Shown here: in pieces, positions 53,125 through 64,000 of the stretch | How positions within the stretch are numbered: the first letter of the stretch is position 1 | How the letters are laid out: each line of letters starts with the position of its first letter | DNA from: Trichoplax adhaerens | Taxonomy: Eukaryota; Animalia; Placozoa | Assembly (NCBI RefSeq): GCF_000150275.1 | Contig: NW_002060947.1 | Location: 7,115,880-7,179,879, forward strand | Direction: 5' to 3' | DNA length: 64,000 nt | Translations under genes and position numbers: made by a program | The notes under the pieces: model-generated | What the model was told of the DNA's origin: nothing | Databases searched by the model: none | The model's input: only the letters and a program-made list of their open reading frames with translations

Positions 53125-56100
53125 CACTTATTTTCGGTGGAGTTTACCCATATTTTGCTGTCACTTTATGTTCTAGTTTAAAACATTGATTGTAAGGATT
53201 GAACTAGAAAAATTTCAATAAGACTGGATTAATGTCCGCACTCCTTGTTTCTAAAATAAAAATAGTTTGCAGTACCAAATGAATTATTGCTTGCCTAAAA
53301 TGCCAAGTTAAATCAGAATCTAATCTTAAAAGACCCTCTTATTGGCGGTATTTAGTCATATCGTTATACTTTCGAGTCGGTTTATAATGTTTTAACTAGC
53401 ACTCTATTCTTTTCTACCAAGCAGTACATTAGACAAGTAACCATAGCAACTACAGCACAGTAATGCGTATTATAATCATATTAGTAGCAAGCAATGACGG
53501 AACATATTTAACAAAACAGCTTTGCAACAAGATAACGTAATCTACGATCAATAAGTCAATTCCTTGAACCACGTATCAAGGAACGATATCTGCACTATCA
53601 CGAACACTTTTGCTCTACTAGCAGACTACGCAAAGACTTAAACGCCTCGTATTTTACGTTAAACACTAAGTTGGACAATTTCACTTTATTTCACGATATA
53701 CTGCATTTATATACTACTCCTCAATAGTTCATGAGTCATAGTTAATACAATTAACATTAGAATCATTTACTGAATTAGATATTAATTTTAGCTACTGCTC
53801 CCTTAATGTAGACAACAGTATTTACGAACATAGACATGTAATGACTAATACAGAATAGTCAGATTACGATATGTCCTATCACGGAATATTTCCATGATAA
53901 TTTACAGTCTACCATAAGTAAATTACAATCACAATAATTCGAACTGTAAGCAGATGATTTGCATTCCCTATTATAACTATTAATTTCAGTATGTGTATAA
54001 GTGTCACTGTCATAAAAAATCAGTGCTATATTCAAACACAGTATATCCAAATTAGAAGTTAACTAAATAAGGATAGTCTAACAGAATTATCCTAACATAG
54101 ATATTTCTACTGTAATACAGTATATAACACTGTAACAGGAACATATTTAACTCAATCGTAAAATAAATTCTCCTTCGATATAGCAATGCGATAATGCACA
54201 GTACTAACGGCGTGTAAAGAAAGATACACCCATACTTGATCATATGGATAGCTATATTTGATATAGTTAGGTTACTTTGAATAGATATTATCGTGAAGCT
54301 AATACTAGATGATTGCTAATTACTATATTAGAAATTGTTGTTGACTAATAGTAGCCAGTTGACTAATTATGTTACAAGATTTATATAGCTAGAAACACTA
54401 TAGTTGTTAAGATGCCTTTCGGAGAAAGGGACTAAATGTTAATAGAAAAGTAGTGGCATCTTAAGTAGAATGATTTAGATTTATAGAAAATAATGATATA
54501 TTATTAAAGAAAAGTATTTTGTTTGATGACTCATGTCTGATTGTCCATTAATCAAGATGTCATAAATGGATTTAACGAAATGTTTATAAGAACTGCAGAG
54601 ATGAGCTCAAAAAGGAGAAGAGACTTCACTTCACTTTGAGCTCGGAAGACTTTAGGTTTAAGCCTTTTAAAAAATACCACTTGACTAAAATTGTTATTCT
54701 GAGGCCCATTTATTACACGGCGATTACCATTTATTATAACTAATAAAGAAATTGTATGGGTTAGCATAATATAAGAAATGGTTTCTGCTCTGCCGTTATC
54801 GCTGCAATATTGCAACATTGGTATTACTATAATACTCCAGAACTTATGTAGATTTTAGTTAGTGAGCAATCTAATAGATTAGAACCAACTTTCTTTTGAG
54901 ATTTCTAGTTAATTATACTACTACGATTCACATTACAAATTGATCATGCAGTTCTAATTCTGACTGCAGTTAACAGTAAATAAATCTTTGCTCGTTAAAA
55001 TTCATAAAGGTGTGTAAGATGCGAGATGAAACGCTTCATAGTGTCTAAATAAGTTTTTAAATTATTACAGGTACGAGTACATGCCAACATCTTGCCCAAA
55101 TTTTGCATTGTAAATTGAAACTTTTGACGAAATTTAATTCTTATTAAAGTAATTATATTTACAAAAATATAACAAACCGCAAAGATTTAATAAAACAATA
55201 CATTGGGTTATATAAAGCTGTACTATTGATTGATACTTGTGTATTTATGAGAACTAGCATGGTTTCGTTATAGGAAGGTCAATTTGCAATAACCTCCTTA
55301 GCTTAATGAGAAAACAACATTAATTAAATCACTGTCATCCTATAGTCACTATTATGATGAGTGGGAAAATGGTGCAGCCACACTGCAATATTTTTTACCA
55401 CTCCTTTGTATTTAGTGACAGTGGGCAAAATATATTGAGATGATATACGTATGAACAGATTTACCTACTATAACGTTAAGTAAACTCAAAAATTTTGTAA
55501 TTGTATTAAAAAATCATCTAAATTAAAATCCTTTTCCATTCTCTAGGATTAGATTAGTGTTGGATTATGCTAGTGCATTGTTAACGATTGCGATCGAAAG
55601 GTGAAATGCCATATTAGTAGAATTAATTGGAGATCAATGGGATCCAGTATATCGATATAGTGCAGGAGTGGTATCTTCATTTTCGTATTACTGCATTTGA
55701 TTAAGTAAAAACTGGAATAGAAGCAGGACGATGCATTTGTTCTGAACCACACTTTCAGTAATTAATTATCGTCTTAAGGTTAAATAATCAGATCAATTAC
55801 AGCATCAAAAGTAAGACAATGATTATTGCATAACAAATCAATCGTATCATCCAGTCGTATAATTAGTAAGCACGATTCGCACGACGATTACCTTACATAA
55901 TCAACATCAATGGTCTAAATTTTAAAATTAACTACAAGTATGTTACAGATAATCTCGAGAATGTAGATGTTTAAAGGAAGTCGCTACATATTTATAAGCA
56001 ATTGTTGGAATAGTTAATTGTAACAGCATTCCCTAGAAATGCAGATATTTTCAAAATATACCGGCATTCTAGGATTGCTGACTATTTAAAGTATGGGATT

Positions 56101-56384
56101 GTAGACAATTGAAAAATATTCTCTACAAACCTGCTTTCAGATTGGAATTGTATTCTGAGATTGTTACACATTTAAGACCATTCTTGCTCTGTAGTATTGG
56201 CAACTCTTAAAAGTGCTCTTACTTTAGCATCTTTGTCTATAAATGGTACTTTACTTTAATAACTACAGCCAATGGGACAATAAGCAATTGATACCTTGAT
56301 ATCACAGTCATCAAAATAATTTCGATACAATCTTGTATAATCGGTGCAATGACCAATACAGCAAATAACACGCATGGCTACAAA

Positions 56385-56438
56385 AATAAAAAAGCTTGCC
56401 ATTATTATTCAGGAATATCTGGTGTTCTGTGCTGTTAA
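56385..56438 (+). pseudogene. 3' remnant (copy F) of the 12-Cys gene family
   Basis: Encodes NKKACHYYSGISGVLCC. Downstream sequence (~56440-56810) resembles the 3' flank of copy D (~53125-53440). Upstream exons are not recognisable. Confidence 0.75.
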
Positions 56439-57958
56439 GAATTCAACTCCTTTTTGAAGGAGTTTATCTTGCTGCCATTTTATATTCTAATTTTAAAACA
56501 TACATTATAGCAGTATAATAAATTAATAGGTACTCTCTCCCTGTACATATCATTAACTAGAAGCATTTATTCGTTATTAAATTAATGCGTCAATGATTTA
56601 ATTTACACTTCTGTAGAACGTTAATCGCCTTTGAATAAGAGTTAGCGATACCAAATGAAGGATTTTTTGACTAAATGACAAGTTGAATCAGAAACTAATC
56701 TCAATAAATGCGGTCATGAGCATAGTTTAATCATATCGTTATACTTTGAAGAAAGTTTGTAATATTTTAATGGTACTCCGTCCCTTTCTATTAATTACTA
56801 CATTAGATAAGAATATTTATAGTAAGTACGTACTTTTGATAGGTATGTAATTGTGTTTTGTGGCGGACAACTATTGATTATGTTTAATTCAATTGGAAAA
56901 TAAATTCTTCGATATGATAATGTGTTCCACAGTGCTAACGGTAATTATCCCTTAAGCTATAGTCTAAAAAATTTCAGAAATTACTATAATATGAGGAAAA
57001 GATTTCTACCCTACTACTATCACTGCAATACTGTAACGCCAGTATTAATATTTCACAATTAATGTAGACTTTACTCAGTGAGTAATTTAATAGATTAGAA
57101 CGGGTTTTAAAGCTAATTTCAAAAAATTGCAGTTCAATAAATACCAGGATTGTTCTTGTCTTTATATACTGAGATCAAAGAAACCGGAGATTAAAAGAAG
57201 TAGCATGAGACCTTATCTCAGAAAATTGTTTAAATTTTTCGCAGTCACACCAATTGTGTGGAAATTTATACGGTGAAATCGATAAATTGGATTACATGAT
57301 TGACTTTTTAGTATCAGATCTATTATTTAAATGGTTTAATCTAAGTTTATCGAAATGTAAGGATTTATGTTGCATATATAATTATAAAATCCATTTCTTC
57401 CTACAAGATTAGCTGTTTTACAATATAATATACAAGCAATTTTTAAAAATAATTGACAAGTATAGCTAGATGCCGACTAATAATTTTACTAGATCGCTCA
57501 ATCATACGGTGCCAATGCATTTTCGATATCTTACTCAGACATTTTTGAAAATTCCACCTAGCTTTGCAAATAACAACACTTCTATCATTATTTTAACGGA
57601 ATTTAATATCGTACCGTGCTATATCCAAAGTAAAAACAATTTTACTAATCAAGTTTAAGCCATGTTTATTATACTTATTAAGTTGATGTTGTAGTACTTA
57701 TTCAACCAAAATTAATAGATTACAATAAAAATATATTAATTTCAATGCTAAACTATTTAATCTAAGAATAATTTATACATTTTTGCGGTAATGCAAAATT
57801 TATTCCTAGAAAAATTTATAGAAAAGACAGCAATAGAGCAATAAAGTATTAGAAAATGCTTAGAATATTGTTACAGTAGCACATTGATAACGACATCATG
57901 TTTGTTACCTACATGCACACCGCGAAAGAAGTAGACAAGTGGACTAGTAACAGTATTT

Positions 57959-60900
57959 TGTGTCTGTACATCAGGCACAGTAGTAGTAAATTGATATTAT
58001 TAAGACGTTATTAGAGTAGTATTATAAGAAACTATCTAACAGCAAAGTCTGATGATACTAACTTTGGTTCACTCTTCAACTGTAAGGTTACTAGACAGTT
58101 CTGAGATTTATACATGTTAAGACATGGAACGTAACTAGTACGTTATGAAGGCCAATTTTTCTTTATTCTTAGTTTAGAGGACTACAACAGGTACTTACCG
58201 TAGCGATATGAAATTAATAGAAATTGCATGGTGAGGAATGTAATTTTATATCAAGTAAAAGTAGTAATAAGTAAAATTTCGACTAGCCTATAAGATGAAT
58301 AAGACGTTATAATCCATGACGTGATAGCAAAAAATCTAGAAGTGAGTACCGGAGAAATAATTATTACTTCTATGATTTCTATGTAGTAAATAAATATATT
58401 GGTGTTTATAGTAAGCCTCTGCTGAATTCATAATTTATTTATGGAAGAAAAAGCTCTCGTAAAACTTACAAACATCGAGATTTATTTCTGCTACGTTTGC
58501 TGTAAGTGTAGTTGTAGCGGTGTAGGAGCCTGATAGCTCAGCTCAGTCTAGTCCGGTAATTATGGCCTTTCTAAAAATGTTTGACAGTATTTTAAAAATT
58601 ATGTTAACAGATTTTCTATGTGGTATTGATGTATAACATTTGATCTAGAATTAGTTAGCTTGCCTAATGTTTAGTGCTAATTAGTTATGTTAACTTGAGA
58701 CTTGAGAATTCTGCTCTTTTTTATAAATACTGCAAGAAATTACAATTTTAGAAATTTACCAAGTAGAACAGTAATTTATCTAACTACATTCAGGAGATTC
58801 TAATTACTTAAACAATAATGGAATTTTATTCCGGTTAGCAATTGAAAATTATTACGCAGATTTATAAGAGCAGTTTACTATTTGACGACAAGACTAAATT
58901 TACGTACTAATTAGTATATACTTCGTTGTACATGGTATTCTAATATCATGATAAGTTACATCTATTAAAAGAAGTTACTTTATTGTGAAGCTTTATAGAC
59001 TTACTAGTAGTCATAGCTATCTAATTATCAAAATGTTAGTTTTCACTTTATAGTTTGGACTAATAATGCGATATAAACTTCTTATAAAATGCTATAATAC
59101 TATGAAATTGAGTAGCAGAAACCAATAAGAAAGGTCTAGACTATCTCTTTACTTTAAAAGGTACCGGATTGCAAATTAGAATACCAATAGATATGATAAA
59201 TATTTATAATATATGTGTTATATGATTGGCTATTTTCGTTAAATTTATGTTATAGATTTAATGTAAGCGGAAGTGAAATGCAAAAAGAGTAAGTATTAGT
59301 TTGCTTCATAATTTAAAAATTGATCACATTTCAGATGATAATATAGACTTCTTTGATGGAATTTTCAAGGATGTTTCTCACACAAGCATCATCTATTGCT
59401 GTAATTTTTCTTTTACTACGTAACGTTTTATATCATGAAAATAATAAATTTTTTGGTAAACGTGTAAAAAGATCAAGTATGAACTTGAAAAATCTTCCTT
59501 AAGATTACAAACATTGATCATAAACACAAATTGACCCTGAATTTTACCTATTTATTAGCATCATAATGACTTGGTTAGGAATCATCAGCAGAAAATTAAG
59601 AACAAAAACTACACACTAATTGTATTAGAAAATGTTGTAATAAAAATTTTGTAAATTTTTTTAGATAATTTGAAACTCTCCATACTCACAAAATCTCGCA
59701 AATTGATAAACTTAATTCTAGCCGTTCATTAGTATTATCATAATTTGAGAAAGAATTATGAGCCACAAATGGAGAATAGGAACTACATCAATTGTATTCG
59801 ATAATACTCTGATAAAAAATTTTTGCAATTTTTTTGCGATATTTAGAAACTATCTGTAAATAAAATGTATATAGCGTCTATATCTTGGAAGATAGATAGG
59901 AACAACAGTTATAAAGCTAATTTTACCGGCGTTAAACTAACAAATATTATCTAAAAATATACAGAAGTTGGATGCTGCTATTACTCTTTTCTAAAATGTT
60001 AGGTGTCATTATGAAACTACTGTGTATAGGCTCTAAAAGATCATTAATTATACCATTAATTATAGAAATTAGTTGACAAAAGTCAATTTTATTATCACAA
60101 TCGAACTATAAGTCTTAACTGATATCATAGAACTTTAGTTTTCGGCTATTTCTATAAAACACGATAATATCTTACGTCATTTAATTGTCAATATTGATAT
60201 GAAACTTTGATTTTATTCCGTCAAGTAGCAGACTGATTCTAATTATTATTCATTATCTTGTTTTCTTTAGTTCTGTATCTGACATTGCTAAAAAATATTA
60301 AAATGACATCGCGCATTGACTAATCATAAGCTACTTTACAGAGATCGACATCATTGAATTAAGGTAAATTTTAATTAATTAAGTACTAGTAATTGATGAT
60401 ATTCAAGTTTATTGATGTTTAAATGAACGTAATAATTGTTAAATACTGCTTGTAATACAGCATTTAGTGCCCACTGGCCACTACGTATTTTATAAATATT
60501 ATTTTGCTTTCTTCAGTTCTATATTTGATATTGCTAAAAAAATCTCGAAATGACATCATGCACTGATTAATCATAAGCTACTTTACAGAGATCGACATCA
60601 TCGAGTTATTGTTGGATTTTAGTAAATGTCAATAATTAGATGATACTCAAGTTTATATTGATCGAGTTAATGCAATAACTGCAAATACTGGTTATACTTC
60701 AGCATTTGGAGCCGACTGGCCACTAGGTATTGTAACACTGACGCCTTGACTAAGGATTTGTAGAATATTTAATATCCCACGATGACTACATCTGTATAAG
60801 CAAACAATATGCTTGTTACATATTAGCAAAGTTTCCTTATTTTTGTTGAAATAATGAAGGGCAAAATATGAATCGGTATTTAGGAAAGGTTAAGCTATTA

Positions 60901-63900
60901 TCATCTAGTACTGACAGAACCTATAAATATCCCCAATTTTTATTTTCTTACAGCTGAAGTCTGAAAACCGGTTGATGTATCGGCAGAAATATTTCCTTTA
61001 ATCAATCTTAGCATACATATTCTTGACATTAATTATTCTCTAGTATTCTATTTTGTGAGAATATGAAGATTTCTCTTGCTCTCGTGTGTATTTTACTCTG
61101 TATAACTACGTTTGCGGTAATTTATTGTCGAGATTATCAATCATTATAGCTGATTCATTTGTAAAGAAATAATGCGACTTAATTGCATAAGTAATCAACT
61201 TTATTTCTGCAATATCTTTTAGTTTGCTATGGTAAAATATCCTAAAATCCGAAGACCGATTTATGATAAAAAATTGTGCCTTCATTTCAATTTACTAATA
61301 GATACATACTCTCGAAGCGCCTATACCAGACGAAGTAATTATTTTTAAATTCATTTACTAGAATAATTATCAAGCGTATCTTCAATCTAATTTACTAGTA
61401 AAATTATACTCATTTTTTGTCCTTAATCCTTAATAGCGGCACCACCAATCTGTGGAAATAGCGTGATTGCTCTTAAAGTCTATGAGACATTAGTCATCGC
61501 TTGCCCAGGTGGTTGGAGAGGACATATTAGTAATGCAAAATTATGCGCTAGAGGTTATCATGTGTGCAATAAAAATGATCGAGCATCTCTACTTTCCAAG
61601 ATCACTTTTTCGCGTGGTATTCAAATCCCTGGCTGCTATGCTTTTAATGCTGCCCATGATTTTGGACGATGTATTGATTGCAAGAATAGGGAACATCAAG
61701 ATGATCTAGGTGGTGTAGGCATGACATGCCCTAGAAAAACCACTAGTCAAAATACATCCTGCTTAACAGGCGGAACTATTGATGCAGCAATGGATGTTTC
61801 TTCCTTTGCGACTAATAGAGCTTGCCATTATCACCCAGGAATATCTGGTGTTTTGTGTTGTGAGAATTAATCTCTATTTCTCAACGTGTCTATTTCGTTG
61901 TTATTACAAGTTCTAGTTTAAAGATATTGATGACAAGAACGAACGATGTTGATACGATATATGTGAACTAAAGTAGAGGCTAATTTGATGTGATTAAATT
62001 GATTTCAATTAGAATAGCTAATATAATTACGTAGAATACCGGTATGTATCGTCTTGAGTAAAATGTTTTGTTACAAGGTCAAATATCGCTTCGTTTAAAA
62101 TAGAATAAGAAATTGATTTCCTAACGAATCTCAATAGGTACTGATATAATTATAATCTGTTGTAATAATGTTATTAACCTCTTACCCAATTTATATTATC
62201 AACTGATCTATTTTATGTTTGGATCGGTCATTAAATAAAAGTAAAATGAAATACGTTAAATGTCAAAATTAAAAATCTCTCCGTAGTTATTTACGCATCT
62301 TTATCACAAACCAGCTCTGTCATAAGATAACGAAATAGCTCAATTTATAAGTTCTTTCCTTAAACTACGTATCAGGGCACTGAAATCCGTCTAAGACAAG
62401 CTTAGGAACACTTTTCTCTAATTCCACAGATTCTCAATAATTTGAACGTCTTTGACTTTGCGTTAAGCACTACAATCAAGAACTAACTTTATTATCTAAA
62501 ATGAAGGGCTCTAATACCTCTTTACAGTAGATAGAGGTTATAGATAATATCAAAAGTAGTTAAATAATTAGCTATTCTATTTATATCTAAATGCTTAATT
62601 ACTACGGCTATGTTTATTAAGAATATCGATATTCGATGACTGATATAAGACAGTTAGATTATAATATGCCAATTCACAGAATCATCAAAACGCAACATAA
62701 ATTCTAATATCGGTCAGATACAATCATATTTTACGGTACAAGGTACCGGTATGTAAAGTATAACTGTCTCGTAAACTAAATGAAGATATGCTACCAAACA
62801 TTGCTAACTTCTCTATGGTAAGATATCTTCGTGATAATCTTTCAAAAATTTAGTTGCTTAGAAAAGTCATAAAATAACATAGATCTTGCGACTACAAGAT
62901 TTCATCTGAGCAGGAGAATAGTTAACATTATTTAGAACTATACTTTGTTATAGACAAGTTTATAAAAAAATAATAGCAGGTATAATAAACTACTTGGTGT
63001 TGATAGATTATGAAGATTTCATTTAAATTCCAACAACACAACAGTAAGAATTTAAAACAACCAACTGAATCTCTCTGAATTTTGGTAATGTAGATTAGAG
63101 TGATAGTTATTATAATATTCATGAACTTATGTTTAAAATTCAGTATGCAATTCGGCGATGAATACATGGAAGACTACAAAAAATTTGGATTAAGATGTAT
63201 AACTTGCTTCGATATCAGAGGATTATCACATCTGTTGGTAGCATGAATTAATTAAAGTAATAATTATTTTCAGTAGAAAAAAGTGAACTAGCAGCAGGCT
63301 TACAATAGTATTTCATGTTACTACCACATAATTTTTTTCTTCTTATTATTAATATACTATTAGATCGGCAGCACAAGGCGCTAACCAATCACTAATTCTA
63401 GTAATGTTTGCCTTAGATAGTTCTTTAACCTTATTGGTCTAATACTGTTTACAGAACTAGTCAGTTTTGATATTTTCATGTGTTATGATATGGCTAATTT
63501 ATCTGCTGTAGCTGGGATCTATTAAAAGCCGGCTGTTCTTTTTGCTTAATTTAGAGGACTAAGATAGTGCTTGTATTGCTAATTCATCGTAGAGATGTAA
63601 AGTTAACGATGATTGTTAAGCAAAGAAATGTGATTTTGTTACATGTAAAAGTAGTGATAATTAACTTACATATACGAGCATATATTGATATGTTACGAGC
63701 TAAGATCAATCCTAACTTACAATATAGGTTGAGAGTGTGTTTTCGGATCTGCACTGCTGTGAATTGAAATACTAATTAATTTCTATGTAGATGTAAGTAA
63801 AATTTAGCACAGTGAGGTCTCGGATCTCTCTAGAAAATCACAATCTATCTCATTACGAGCGAGGCCGTAGCTTCTATAGGTTCATGTACCTAAAGCCGAC

Positions 63901-64000
63901 TTAATTATACGATTTATCTCGTCTTTTAGAAATCAATCAAATTAATACTGTGAAGAGTCTCAATTTATACGGATTAAACAGTCTAATCCTGTTCAATTTA
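57959..64000 (+). repeat. Segmental duplication, copy 2 (continues past the right edge)
   Basis: Matches 38291-43156 through to the last base of the window. Confidence 0.95.
61063..61870 (+). CDS. Secreted 12-Cys protein, copy E (intact)
   Basis: Exons 61063-61116 (MKISLALVCILLCITTFA), 61223-61334 (pro-segment ending YTRR), 61437-61870. 12 Cys in the mature domain; TATAAA at 60922. Confidence 0.88.

Noticed and set aside
63567-63767. 66-aa ORF in the duplicated segment
   Set aside because: Non-ATG start, no recognisable motif, and the paralogous copy (~42720-42920) has an in-frame stop.

Overview
AT-rich eukaryotic (animal-type) genomic DNA with short GT-AG introns. The compact gene style resembles a basal metazoan such as a placozoan, but that is an inference and is not shown by the sequence. 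The window has three blocks. (1) A minus-strand TMEM184C-like (OST-alpha family) membrane protein gene running off the left edge. (2) At ~5-32 kb, a tandem cluster of seven five-exon C-factor/sniffer-like classical short-chain dehydrogenase/reductase (SDR) genes (six intact, one pseudogene). It contains an intronless BPHL/valacyclovirase-like alpha/beta hydrolase whose nucleophile elbow is G-F-C-D-G instead of G-W-S-D-G. (3) At ~34-64 kb, a birth-and-death array of small secreted prepro-proteins with a 12-Cys domain (three intact, two pseudogenes, one remnant) surrounding a secreted S1A serine protease with an atypical Gly189/Asp226 pocket and no C168-C182 disulfide. A segmental duplication of at least 5 kb and many local tandem repeats are also present. 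Exon coordinates were worked out by hand from splice sites and reading frame. No rRNA, tRNA or CRISPR was recognised.
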